Shown piece after piece: positions 19,465 to 29,380 of a DNA stretch of 64,000 nt. Origin of the DNA: Trueperaceae bacterium (GTDB taxonomy: Bacteria > Deinococcota > Deinococci > Deinococcales > Trueperaceae); NCBI GenBank assembly GCA_965214405.1, contig OZ243956.1, positions 1,952,001 through 2,016,000 of the forward strand, written 5' to 3'. Numbering within the stretch: the stretch's first letter is position 1; each line of letters starts with the position of its first letter. Position numbers and translations under genes: made by a program. The notes below the pieces were generated by a model that made no database searches, was not told the origin of the DNA, and worked only from the letters and a program-made list of their open reading frames with translations.

Positions 19465-22215
19465 GTGGTTGACGCTGTTGCAACGGCTCCGCAAAAAGAA
19501 GTTTTGTCTTTGTCGGGACGCTGGGCGTTTGCGCTCGATCCCTTTAGGCTCGGGAAGTACCTTTGGCTGCAGGATACGGAATGGATCAACCTACCCGGCT
19601 CCACGGACGAAGCGGGCAAGGGCTACGAGACGACCACCAAGAACCTGGTGAATTTAACGAGGACGCACGCTTACGTTGGACCCGCGTACTATAAGCGTAG
19701 CTTCATTGTTCCCGAAAGTTGGCGGGGTAAACGCATCGTTTTTTATCTGGAGCGCCCCCACTGGGAAACCAGAGTTTGGCTGAACCAGACCTATATGGAC
19801 ATTCAAAATAGCCTCAGTGCGCCCCATCAGTATGAACTGGGCTCTCTTGAACCCGGCACTCACGAGCTGATTTTGCGTATCGACAACACGGTAAAGCTTC
19901 CTGTTGGAGACGCCACCGACACGCAAATCGGCGACTACAGCCTGGCGCATTCGGTCACCGACCATACCCAGACGAACTGGAACGGCGTGGTCGGCAGGCT
20001 CGAGCTGCAAACGACCGACCTCGTCTGGGTTGACGACGTGCAGGTCTACCCGGATGTTGCCCGCAAGGTCGCCCGCCTTTCCGCAATTTTAGGAAACGCC
20101 AGCGGGAGTCCCGTCGAAGGCGAGCTGACGGTTGAAGCGGCGAGTACCAACACGGACAGAGTTCACAGGTGTTCGCCTCTTTCTGCACCCTTTTCCGCGC
20201 CGCCTCTCACCGGGGCGTCGCGTCACCGCTTTGAGCTCGAGTACCCGCTCGGCGACGACATGCTGGCCTGGGGCGAGTTCTCGCCTGCTCTTTACACCCT
20301 GAACGTGAGCTTAAAGGCTCGAGGAGACGGACGCTCGTTTAGCGACCAGACCACCGTCACCTTTGGGATGCGCGACTTTGCTAGGCGCGGCACGCAGTTC
20401 GTGCTCAACGGCAAACCCGTTTTTCTAAGGGGCACCCTCGAGTGCTGCATCTTCCCGCTTACAGGTTACCCGCCGACGGACGCCAAACCCTGGCGGCGCA
20501 TCATGGACATCATCAAGGCGCACGGGCTTAACCATTTGCGCTTTCACTCCTGGTGCCCGCCCGAGGCGGCTTTCACGGCGGCGGACGAAGCAAGCGTGAT
20601 GATGCAGGTTGAGGGACCTTTTTGGGCCGAGTTCGGCAGCAACTCGGAACTCGACGCGTTTGCCTACGCCGAAGGCGACCGCATCTTACAAACCTACGGC
20701 AACCACCCCTCTTTTTGTCTTTTGGCGCTGTCGAACGAGCCGAGCGGCGAGCACAAAGAGGCTTTTCTCGCCCAGATTTTAGCGCACTGGCGCGAGCGGG
20801 ACCCCCGGAGGCTCTACACGAGCGGCGCGGGCTGGCCCATCATCCCAGAGAACGATTACCACTGCGCGATAGCGCCGCGTAGCTACGCGTGGGGGGACGG
20901 CCTCGAGGCGCGTTTCAACGCTCAACCGCTGTCCACCCGTGTAGATTACCGAGACTTCATCAACCAGTACGACGTCCCGGTGGTCTCGCACGAGATCGGC
21001 GAGTGGACGGCCTACCCGAATTTTGAGGGGTTGGGTAAATATAGGGGAGTGCTAAAGCCTTACGACCTCGAGGCCGTCCGCGATTCTCTCGCCGCCAACG
21101 GTCTGGCGGAACAAGCCAAGGCTTTCGTCATGGCCTCGGGCAGGTTGCAAACCCTCCTATACAAAGAGGAAATCGAAGCGGCCTTGCGGACGCCCGGTTT
21201 CGGCGGCTTCCAACTGCTCGATTTGCACGACTACCCCGGCATGGGACCGGCGTTGGTGGGTGTGCTCGACGCTTTTTGGGAGGGTAAGGGTTACGTGACG
21301 CCGGAGGAATTCAGGACCTTTTGCTCGGAGACGGTGCTCCTGTTACGCACCGACAAAGTGGTCTGGCAGCAACACGAGACGTTCGAGGCAGCGTTCGAGG
21401 TCGCGCACTTCGGCCCCGCAATCTTAGAGGATGCGACGCTCGAGTGGTCCCTGGTCGACGGGGAAAGCGTTCTTGCGAGCGGCGACGTCGCCAACCTCAC
21501 CATCCCCTACGGCTCGGGCGTTCCCCTGGGGAGAACGCAGATTCCGCTCGCCGACTTTCGCGCGCCTAGTCAACTGAGCTTACGCGCCAAGCTAAAGAAT
21601 ACCCCGTATTACAACACCTGGGCTCTTTGGCTCTACCCTCAAACGCTCGAGTTGCCAACCGGGATTTATCAAAGCGACCAACTCGACGCGGCGAGCTTGC
21701 AAGTTTTACAAGAGGGCGGCAACGTGCTGCTGACACCGCGCCCCGAAACGAGCACCAATGACATCCCGCTGGGGTTCACCACTCCTTTTTGGAACACCCG
21801 CTGGACCGCCGGACAACCCCCGCACACGATGGGCATCCTCTGCGACCCGGAACATCCGGCGTTGCGAAATTTCCCCACCGAGTTTCACAGCAACTGGCAG
21901 TGGTGGGAGGTGTTGCGCGAAAGCAAGTGCTTTGTCCTGGAGGGTCCGCTGGGGAGCGTCACGCCCTTTATTCAGGTGATCGACGACTACCTGACCAACC
22001 GTAAACTCGCGCTCGCCTTTGAAGCGCAAGTCGGTAACGGCAAGCTTTTGGTGTGTGGCGCCGACCTGGGCACGAATTTGGGCGAACGCGTCGTTGCAAA
22101 ACAACTTCTGTACAGCCTTCTAACTTATATGCAAGGAGAGGAGTTTGAACCGGCCACCAACCTTGACCCCTCGAGCCTGAGCACATTATGGACCTCCGCC
22201 GCACCTCCACCCTGA
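19465..22215 (+). CDS. glycoside hydrolase family 2 (beta-galactosidase/beta-glucuronidase-like), cytoplasmic
   Basis: 'SLSGRWAF', 'FGMRDF', 'LNGKPVFLRG', 'RFHSWCPPEAAF', 'NHPSF...NE', 'PVVSHEIG'. Confidence 0.88.
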   Translation: MVDAVATAPQKEVLSLSGRWAFALDPFRLGKYLWLQDTEWINLPGSTDEAGKGYETTTKNLVNLTRTHAYVGPAYYKRSFIVPESWRGKRIVFYLERPHWETRVWLNQTYMDIQNSLSAPHQYELGSLEPGTHELILRIDNTVKLPVGDATDTQIGDYSLAHSVTDHTQTNWNGVVGRLELQTTDLVWVDDVQVYPDVARKVARLSAILGNASGSPVEGELTVEAASTNTDRVHRCSPLSAPFSAPPLTGASRHRFELEYPLGDDMLAWGEFSPALYTLNVSLKARGDGRSFSDQTTVTFGMRDFARRGTQFVLNGKPVFLRGTLECCIFPLTGYPPTDAKPWRRIMDIIKAHGLNHLRFHSWCPPEAAFTAADEASVMMQVEGPFWAEFGSNSELDAFAYAEGDRILQTYGNHPSFCLLALSNEPSGEHKEAFLAQILAHWRERDPRRLYTSGAGWPIIPENDYHCAIAPRSYAWGDGLEARFNAQPLSTRVDYRDFINQYDVPVVSHEIGEWTAYPNFEGLGKYRGVLKPYDLEAVRDSLAANGLAEQAKAFVMASGRLQTLLYKEEIEAALRTPGFGGFQLLDLHDYPGMGPALVGVLDAFWEGKGYVTPEEFRTFCSETVLLLRTDKVVWQQHETFEAAFEVAHFGPAILEDATLEWSLVDGESVLASGDVANLTIPYGSGVPLGRTQIPLADFRAPSQLSLRAKLKNTPYYNTWALWLYPQTLELPTGIYQSDQLDAASLQVLQEGGNVLLTPRPETSTNDIPLGFTTPFWNTRWTAGQPPHTMGILCDPEHPALRNFPTEFHSNWQWWEVLRESKCFVLEGPLGSVTPFIQVIDDYLTNRKLALAFEAQVGNGKLLVCGADLGTNLGERVVAKQLLYSLLTYMQGEEFEPATNLDPSSLSTLWTSAAPPP

Positions 22216-22305
22216 GAAATCACCCAAGAAATCGCCTGAGAAACCCCTGTAAAAGTTCCTCGGAGATACAACCTTTAGTCAGGTAGTCAGAAAGGACGTA
22301 AAATC

Positions 22306-23580
22306 ATGAAACGATTGTTCATACTCATGACTCTGCTGGGCGGCTTGTTGGGTGGCAGCGTTTTGGCGCAGCAAGACGTCACCCTTAGCCTGTTGACGAG
22401 TGACCAACTCTATATCGACTTTCTTAGTGAGTTTGTCAAAGAGTGGGAGCTTCAGTGGCCCGAATACACCATCACCTACGACTTTCAGCAGAATCCCGAT
22501 CCGGAAACCGCAGTGCTGACCGCGCTCGCCGCGGGCGAACCCATTCCCGACCTGTTGGGCATCGAGGTGGCCCAGTTTCCGCGCTTTATGCAAAACGGCA
22601 TTATCGCCGAGCATTTTGTCGACTTGACGGACTTGCTCGACGACCGGGGTGCGTTTATCGAAGGGCGCCTCATACCCTATACCTATGAGGGCGGACTCTA
22701 CGGGGCGGAAACCGCACTGTCTGCCAGCGCGTACTACTACCAGCCCGCCATTTTCGAGGAGAACGGCGTGAGCGTTCCGACCACCTGGGACGAGTTTCTC
22801 AAGGTCGGCGCGCAACTGGGCGAAAGAGATATCGCCATGACGGCCATAACCGACGACCCGCAGGGCTTTTTCGGTATGCTGTTTTTGCAGCGCGGTGGGG
22901 TGGTTTTTGACGAGAACGGCGCGTTTGTCTTTGGCGAAGAACCCAACCGGCAGATTGCCCTTGAAGTCCTGGATATCATGCGGCGAGGCATCGATAGCGG
23001 CGCGATCTTCTTGACCGAAGACTTTTGGGGCGCGACGATTCCCACGGCTTTTCGTGACGGACGCTTAGCGGGCATCGTGATGCCCGACTGGTACTCGGAG
23101 TGCTGTCTCAAACCGGGAGCCGAGGACATGGCGGGGCAGTGGTCGGTCGCCCCGATGCCCGTTTTTGCCGACGGTCAGGGACACACCACCACGGTGCGGG
23201 GCGGTACAGGCTTCGCCGTTGCCAAATCTTCAGAAAACGTCGAATTAGCCAAAGACCTTGTGCATGACGCCTTTTTGACGGTTGAAGGGCAAATCGAAAG
23301 ATACGAAATCATTGGCTTTTATCCCACGATGTTTGACGCTTTAGAGGACCCCCGGGTGACGAGCGTCACCGATCCCTTTTATAGCGACCAGGCGATAGGC
23401 GCGACCTTTGCCGAGGTCGCCCTGGACACGCCCGGCTATTATCAGAGCCCTAACCGCCCCTACTTCCTTCAGGCGGTCGCCGCCACCTTGCCGCTTTTTT
23501 TCGACGGCACGGTTTCGCCGGAGGAATTTATCGACCAGGTCGTCCAAACCACGCAAGATGAGATCGACTTCAACCAGTAA
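22306..23580 (+). CDS. sugar ABC transporter substrate-binding protein
   Basis: Signal peptide 'VLAQ'; 'PTTWDEF', 'RGGTGFAV'. Confidence 0.92.
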   Translation: MKRLFILMTLLGGLLGGSVLAQQDVTLSLLTSDQLYIDFLSEFVKEWELQWPEYTITYDFQQNPDPETAVLTALAAGEPIPDLLGIEVAQFPRFMQNGIIAEHFVDLTDLLDDRGAFIEGRLIPYTYEGGLYGAETALSASAYYYQPAIFEENGVSVPTTWDEFLKVGAQLGERDIAMTAITDDPQGFFGMLFLQRGGVVFDENGAFVFGEEPNRQIALEVLDIMRRGIDSGAIFLTEDFWGATIPTAFRDGRLAGIVMPDWYSECCLKPGAEDMAGQWSVAPMPVFADGQGHTTTVRGGTGFAVAKSSENVELAKDLVHDAFLTVEGQIERYEIIGFYPTMFDALEDPRVTSVTDPFYSDQAIGATFAEVALDTPGYYQSPNRPYFLQAVAATLPLFFDGTVSPEEFIDQVVQTTQDEIDFNQ

Positions 23581-23590
23581 ACCGGAACCT

Positions 23591-23614
23591 GATGGGGGCA
23601 TTCACGCCCCCATC
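23591..23614 (+). terminator. intergenic stem-loop after SBP
   Basis: GATGGGGGC-ATTCAC-GCCCCCATC perfect 9-bp stem. Confidence 0.6.
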
Positions 23615-23654
23615 AACGGGACCCCTTCTGCTAAGACCATGTCAGGACCACGCC

Positions 23655-24563
23655 ATGATACGCGCTAAACCCGCTGCTGTCGCCAAAGCGCCCCAACGCA
23701 GGCGCGGTTCGGTCACGCCTTACCTTTTCATCTCGCCCTTCTACCTGCTTTTCGGGGTGTTTTTTCTCCTTCCTACCTTGGCCGCGCTCGTCCTGAGCTT
23801 TTTTCGCTGGAGCTCTATGGGAGCGCCCAGCTTCTTCGGGGTCAGCAACTACGAGCGCCTGTTTCTGAACGACCCCGTTTTCTGGCAAGCCATCAGCAAC
23901 ACGCTCGTCTACTCGGCGGCGAGCATCTTTATCATTTGCCCTTTGGCGTTGCTTTTAGCCTTAGCTCTTAACTCGGAAGACTTGTGGTTCAAGACGTTTT
24001 GGCGCACGGTGTATTTTGCGCCCATCGTTACCTCAACGGTCGCCGTATCGCTGGTCTTTTTGATGTTTTACAATAAGGATTATGGGCTTTTCAACGGGGT
24101 GCTCGGTTTCTTCGGGCTCGAGCCCGTCAACTGGTTGGGCGACCGCAGCAAAGTAAAGCTCGCGGTTATCGGGGTGGTCATGTGGCGCTGGACGGGGCTG
24201 ACCAGCATCTACTTTTTGGCGGGACTTCAGGGTATCGCCAGGGTGCTTTACGAGGCTGCCAAAATAGACGGCGCGAACACCTGGCAGCGCTTTTGGCACA
24301 TCACGCTGCCCCAACTGCGCCCGGTCACGCTATTCGTCATTATTATTGTCGTGATCGGCTCGCTGCAAACGTTTGACGAGCCGCAGATTTTGACCGAGGG
24401 CGGCCCGGCCAACGCCAGCCTCAGCGTGGTGCAGTATCTTTACAGCCGGGGCATCGAGCAGCTCAGGTTCGGCTACGCTTCCGCCATCGGCGTCTTATTG
24501 TTTATCAGCATTTTCGTGTTGTCGTTCTTGCAGTTCCGGCTTTTCCGGGTTGGAAACGGTTAG
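23655..24563 (+). CDS. carbohydrate ABC transporter permease
   Basis: 'LYEAAKIDGAN'; ATG 23655 chosen because 23592 lies inside the hairpin. Confidence 0.93.
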   Translation: MIRAKPAAVAKAPQRRRGSVTPYLFISPFYLLFGVFFLLPTLAALVLSFFRWSSMGAPSFFGVSNYERLFLNDPVFWQAISNTLVYSAASIFIICPLALLLALALNSEDLWFKTFWRTVYFAPIVTSTVAVSLVFLMFYNKDYGLFNGVLGFFGLEPVNWLGDRSKVKLAVIGVVMWRWTGLTSIYFLAGLQGIARVLYEAAKIDGANTWQRFWHITLPQLRPVTLFVIIIVVIGSLQTFDEPQILTEGGPANASLSVVQYLYSRGIEQLRFGYASAIGVLLFISIFVLSFLQFRLFRVGNG

Positions 24564-25412
24564 GTGCGTATGTGGCGAGCACAGCGGTTTACCGGTCGGC
24601 TCCTTCTCAATCTCGCCGTCGCGTTGGGGGGCGTGGTAACCGCCCTACCTTTTTTGTGGATGGTGTCGTCGTCTTTCAAATCGACGCGGGAGATTCTCTC
24701 GTTCCCGCCGTCTCTCGTGCCCGAAACGCTGCGGCTGGACAACGTCGCGCGCCTTTTTGACGAGTGGCCCTTTTTGACCTGGTACGGCAACAGTTTGCTC
24801 GTGGCTTTTTTTAGCACCCTCGGCGTGCTCTTTTTTTGCTCGCTCGCGGGCTTCGCCTTTGCCAAATACCGCTTCCGCGGCAAGACAGCCTTGTTCGCGC
24901 TTATGCTGGGCTCGAGCATGATCCCTTTCCCCATTATTCTGGTGCCCCTATTCATCTTGACCAGCCGTATCGGGTGGACCAACTCGAATTTAGCGCTTAT
25001 CGTGCCTTTTTTGGCCCCCGCCATCGGCATCTTTCTGATGCGCCAGTTTATCTCCACCATCGAGGATGAGCTTATCGACGCGGCGCGCATCGACGGCGCG
25101 TCAGCTTTCCGCATCTACTGGCAGATCATCCTGCCGCTGGTCCGGCCCGGCTTGGCAACCCTGGCGATCCTCACGTTTCTTGGCTCCTGGAACAGTTTCT
25201 TGTGGCCGCTGGTGGTGTTGCGCGACAGCTCGAGCATGACCCTGCCGGTGGGGATGGCGAACATTTTGTCGGGGGTGTCGGCGGGGTCGGCCCCTCCCTA
25301 CGGCCCGGCAATGGTCGCCGCAACGTTTGTTTCAATTCCCGTCATCGCGCTGTTCGTGTGGTTGCAGCGTTATTACATTGAGGGTTTAACCGCCGGGGCG
25401 CTCAACCAGTGA
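24564..25412 (+). CDS. carbohydrate ABC transporter permease
   Basis: 'ELIDAARIDGAS', 'SWNSFLWPL'. Confidence 0.93.
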   Translation: MRMWRAQRFTGRLLLNLAVALGGVVTALPFLWMVSSSFKSTREILSFPPSLVPETLRLDNVARLFDEWPFLTWYGNSLLVAFFSTLGVLFFCSLAGFAFAKYRFRGKTALFALMLGSSMIPFPIILVPLFILTSRIGWTNSNLALIVPFLAPAIGIFLMRQFISTIEDELIDAARIDGASAFRIYWQIILPLVRPGLATLAILTFLGSWNSFLWPLVVLRDSSSMTLPVGMANILSGVSAGSAPPYGPAMVAATFVSIPVIALFVWLQRYYIEGLTAGALNQ

Positions 25413-25474
25413 ACCGTGTTGAGCGTCATGGTGGGTGCGCTGGGCCACTCAAAAAGAAAAGGGGAGACTGAACG

Positions 25475-26140
25475 ATGACGCAACCCTTGAATCCGCCCGA
25501 CTTCGCGGGACTTTACGTCGCCGCCGTGAGCGACGTGTTAGACGAGCTGGGTTACCGAAACCAGGTCATGCACCGCCGCCTGCGTCCGCTACTGCCGGAC
25601 AGAGCCGCCTGCGGGTTCGTCGGCAGGGCGCGCACGTTCCGCTGGATGGAGGTCGATTATCTCGACGAAAAAGACCCCTACGGGCTCGAGATCGAAGCGG
25701 TGGACTCCCTCGGCAAGGGTGACGTCGTGGTTCACTCGACCGACCACGGGGGTACAAACGCGCCCTGGGGCGAACTGATGTCCACCGTTTCCAAACGTAA
25801 CGGCGCGGTCGGGTGTGTTTGTGACAGCCAGATTCGGGACTGCGTAAAGATTATCGAGATGGGCTTCCCCGTGTTTTACGCGGGCATCCAGGCGCTCGAT
25901 TCACAGGGGCGCGGGCGCTTGATGGCTTACGACGTGCCCGTACGCTGCGGCGACGTCGTCGTCCACCCCGGTAGTGTGGTTTTTGCCGACTTTGACGGCG
26001 TGGTGGTCGTTCCGCAGGAGCTCGAGGACGAGGTGGTCGCGCGGGCGCGTGAGAAGGTGCAGAGCGAGTCGGACTCGAGAAGGGAGCTCCTAGCGGGAAA
26101 AACGTTGCGCGAAGTGTACGACAAGTACGGTGTTTTGTAG
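25475..26140 (+). CDS. RraA-like / HMG-CHA aldolase family protein
   Basis: 'AVSDVLD', 'APWGELMS', 'IRD', 'HPGSVVFADFDGVVVVP'. Confidence 0.88.
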   Translation: MTQPLNPPDFAGLYVAAVSDVLDELGYRNQVMHRRLRPLLPDRAACGFVGRARTFRWMEVDYLDEKDPYGLEIEAVDSLGKGDVVVHSTDHGGTNAPWGELMSTVSKRNGAVGCVCDSQIRDCVKIIEMGFPVFYAGIQALDSQGRGRLMAYDVPVRCGDVVVHPGSVVFADFDGVVVVPQELEDEVVARAREKVQSESDSRRELLAGKTLREVYDKYGVL

Positions 26141-26489
26141 GGCATTCACCGACCATAGAGCTTCAACCAGAGCCGGAGCAGCGCGTGACCGGTAAAGCCA
26201 CCCAGAACCAGCATTAGGGGTAGCGGATGGATATCCTAGGTAGATATAGGTAGATAAACATCTTACTCACCTTCCACGAGGTTGTTTTTGAAAGCGAATT
26301 TAGGACGAGTTTAAGAAATGGAGAAGGCAGAAGGGAGAATAGAAAGGACATATAGAAAGGACATCCTGTATTCTCCTTTCAAGCTTTTGGGTGAACCTGC
26401 TACACCTTTGGTTCTCGTGCGTAAAATGAGTATTACTGAACGCTTGTAAAATGTTGCTTCAGCACTAGATTTCGGATGGGGCGTGACGT

Positions 26490-27239
26490 GTGACGACAAA
26501 GGAATCCGTGGTGAAATCGCCTGTTCGGGTGCAGGCTGCCAAGGAATCGAGGCCGGAAGCGGTCGCTCTGACCCTGGCTCAGCTCATCGTCGGTGGCAAA
26601 ATGGCGGTGGGTGACTACCTGGTTTCCGAAAACGAGCTGAGCACTCTCTACGAGATCAGCAGGCCCGTCGTGCGTCAAGCCATCCAGCGTTTGGCGACTG
26701 CGGGCCTGGTGGAAACGAGGCACGGCGTCGGCACGTTCGTCACCTCGAGCGACCACTGGAACCTGTTCGACCCCCTTATTTTGACCGCCTTTATAGAGAG
26801 CGACAATCTGGCCGCCATCGCCCCGGAACTCGTCGAGCTCCGCGTCATGGTCGAAATCGAATGTATAGGCTTAGCCGCCGAGCGCATATCGGCAGGTGAG
26901 TTGGAGCAGCTTGAACAGTGGCTTCAGCGTATGGAAAGGTATACCGACGATATCGAGAGGATAACCCAGGCGGATTTGGCTTTCCACGCCATCATCATCG
27001 GCGCGAGCCACAACCGCTTTTTGCAGGGCATCATGACCTACCTCAGCGAACCTCTCTACCGGGCGCGCTTTCTCAACATGCAGCTCGGGGGGACCGAGGG
27101 ACGGCAGCGGGCGCAGCGCGCACACCGGGCCATCTACACGGCGCTCGCGGCGCGCGACAGAGCGGCCGCTCGAGCCGCGATGGCCGCCCACATGCAACAA
27201 CTCGAAAAGGATATGAAAGCCGCCCTGTCTTCTTTGTAA
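26490..27239 (+). CDS. GntR/FadR-family transcriptional regulator (DgoR-like)
   Basis: wHTH 'SENELSTLYEISRPVVRQA..RL...GLVETRHGVGTFV', 'WNLFDP', FCD 'ADLAFH'. Confidence 0.9.
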   Translation: MTTKESVVKSPVRVQAAKESRPEAVALTLAQLIVGGKMAVGDYLVSENELSTLYEISRPVVRQAIQRLATAGLVETRHGVGTFVTSSDHWNLFDPLILTAFIESDNLAAIAPELVELRVMVEIECIGLAAERISAGELEQLEQWLQRMERYTDDIERITQADLAFHAIIIGASHNRFLQGIMTYLSEPLYRARFLNMQLGGTEGRQRAQRAHRAIYTALAARDRAAARAAMAAHMQQLEKDMKAALSSL

Positions 27240-27345
27240 GTTTGCTTGTGGAACCTAAGAAGCTACGCTCGACGCCGCCTATATTGACGCTTATATTTTA
27301 GACATTTTGTGTTCTAGTCCTGTAACTTAAAAGCGGCGCTTGAAA

Positions 27346-27390
27346 GTGAGGAGCTGTGAGATGAGGAGCTGTGAGATGAGGAACCGCTTG
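27346..27390 (+). repeat. 3 x 15-bp tandem repeat carrying RBS-like GAGGAG before dgoD
   Basis: GTGAGGAGCTGTGAG / ATGAGGAGCTGTGAG / ATGAGGAACCGCTTG. Confidence 0.85.
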
Positions 27391-28529
27391 TGAAACTCCG
27401 CCGTATCGAAACCTTTCAGGTCCCCCCGCGCTGGCTGTTTGTGCGCGTCGAGACCGACGACGGGCTTGTGGGCTGGGGTGAGGCGAGCTTAGAAGGCTAC
27501 GCCGAAGCCGTGGCGGGCGCGTTTGAAGCCCTTAAAGACCGCTTCCTGGGCCGCGACCCCGCCCGCATCGAAGACCTCTGGCAGCTCGCCTATAGGGGCG
27601 GCTTTTACCGGGGCGGGCCGGTGCTGATGAGCGCCCTTTCGGGTTTTGACCAGGCGCTCTGGGACCTCAAGGGCAAAAGTTTAGGGCGGCCCGTGTGGGA
27701 CCTTTTGGGCGGCAGGGTGCGCGACCGCGTCCAGGCGTACGGCTGGATAGGCGGCGACCGACCCGCCGATGTGGCCGCCGCCGCGCGCGCGAGAAGAGCG
27801 CAGGGCTTTAACGTCGTCAAAATGAACGGCACGGCGGAGTTGGGTTACATCGAGGGAGACGGAGCGCTGCGCGAGGTTGTCAAGCGGGTCGCGGCGGTCA
27901 AGGCCGAGGGATTGGAGGTCGGCGTCGATTTTCACGGGCGGGTCCACGGGGGCATGGCGAAAAGGCTCGTTAACAAGCTCGAGCCCCTAGAACCCCTCTT
28001 CATCGAAGAGCCCGTTTTGAGCGAAAACCGCGAGGCGCTCGAAAGCATCGTCCGGTCCACCTCCTTGTCCATCGCTTTAGGCGAACGGCTCTACAGCCGC
28101 TGGGACGTCAAGCCCTTTTTGCAGGGCGGCTTGGTCGACATTTTGCAGCCCGACGTGTCGCACGCGGGGGGCATCTCCGAAACGAGGCGCATCGCGGCGA
28201 TGGCCGAAGCCTACGACGTGGCGGTCGCGCCCCACTGCCCGCTCGGGCCGCTCGCGCTGGCCGCGTGTTTGCAGGTCGCGGCTTGTACGCCGAACGTGGT
28301 GTTGCAAGAGATGTCATTAGGCATCCACTATCACGAGGGCTCGGACCTCCTCACGTACTTGCGAGACCCCGAGGTGCTCGCGCCCCGCGAAGGGTATTTA
28401 GAAATTCCTGACGCGCCGGGCCTGGGTGTCGAAATCGACGAGGCGCGCGTCCGCGAGGCTAATCGTGAGCCGCACCGCTGGCGCAATCCCATCTGGCGGC
28501 TCGCCGACGGGGGCTTTGCGGAATGGTAG
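27390..28529 (+). CDS. dgoD: D-galactonate dehydratase (enolase superfamily)
   Basis: 'VPPRWLFVRVETD', 'YRGGFYRGGPVLMSA', 'DFHGR', 'APHCPLGP', 'SLGIHY', 'WRNPIWR..DG..AEW'. Confidence 0.92.
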   Translation: MKLRRIETFQVPPRWLFVRVETDDGLVGWGEASLEGYAEAVAGAFEALKDRFLGRDPARIEDLWQLAYRGGFYRGGPVLMSALSGFDQALWDLKGKSLGRPVWDLLGGRVRDRVQAYGWIGGDRPADVAAAARARRAQGFNVVKMNGTAELGYIEGDGALREVVKRVAAVKAEGLEVGVDFHGRVHGGMAKRLVNKLEPLEPLFIEEPVLSENREALESIVRSTSLSIALGERLYSRWDVKPFLQGGLVDILQPDVSHAGGISETRRIAAMAEAYDVAVAPHCPLGPLALAACLQVAACTPNVVLQEMSLGIHYHEGSDLLTYLRDPEVLAPREGYLEIPDAPGLGVEIDEARVREANREPHRWRNPIWRLADGGFAEW

Positions 28530-29304
28530 CCGAACCCTTTCCTAAAGCTCTAAAAGGCAAACGCGTCATCGTCACGGGAGGAACCAGCGGCATCGGCGCG
28601 GAGACGGTGCGGCAGCTCCTCACGAGGGGCGCGCACGTGGCTTTCTGCGGGCTGACCGAAGATGGCGCCGCTCCCCTTCAGGCGTTGGCGGCGAGCGCGA
28701 ACACGCCAAGCTACTTCGAGGCCTTTGATTTGAGCGACCAGAGCCGGACGCGGGCTTTCGCGCGGGCCGCCATCACGCACTTAGGTGGTTTGGACGGCCT
28801 CGTCAGCAACGCGGGCACAAACTTTTTTCGGGGCGTGGCCGGGAGCACCCGGAGCGACCTCGAGGCCTGCTTCGCCCTCAACTTTTACCCGGCCTGGGCG
28901 CTGGCGTAAGAGGCGTACAGTAGCCTCAAGGCGTCGCGTGGCATTATTGTCACGATTTCGTCCGTTCACGCGGAAAAAACCACGGCGGGCAGCTTTCCCT
29001 ACAACGCCGCCAAGGCCGCCTTGAGCGCGCTGACCAAGTCGCTGGCGCTCGAGTGGGGCCGGACGGCGTCCGGGCCGTCGCCGTCGCCCCGGCCCTCATC
29101 CTGACGCCGCTGGCGGACGCGTATTTTGGCGCGCACGAAGACCCCGACGCCGAGCGCGAGCGGCTGAGCAAAGACCACCCGGTCGGTCACGCCGGGCGTC
29201 CGGAGGATATCGCCTCGCTGGTGCTCTACCTGCTGAGCGGCGAGAACACGTTTATCAGCGGCGCGACGCTCACTGTCGACGGCGGGATGAGCGCCCGGCT
29301 GTAG
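28523..29304 (+). pseudogene. short-chain dehydrogenase/reductase, disrupted
   Basis: 'TGGTSGIG' and 'SNAG', then in-frame TAA at 28907-28909; frame continues to 'YNAAK...LALEW'; then a 1-nt frameshift in the G-run at 29055-29058 to 'GPDGVR...TVDGG'. Confidence 0.85.
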
Positions 29305-29380
29305 GCGCGGTTCATATGGGGGCGCGTATGGGTATAAAAGCAGAGGGTTTAGCTCAGCTCTACACCCAGCCTGCGGTAAA

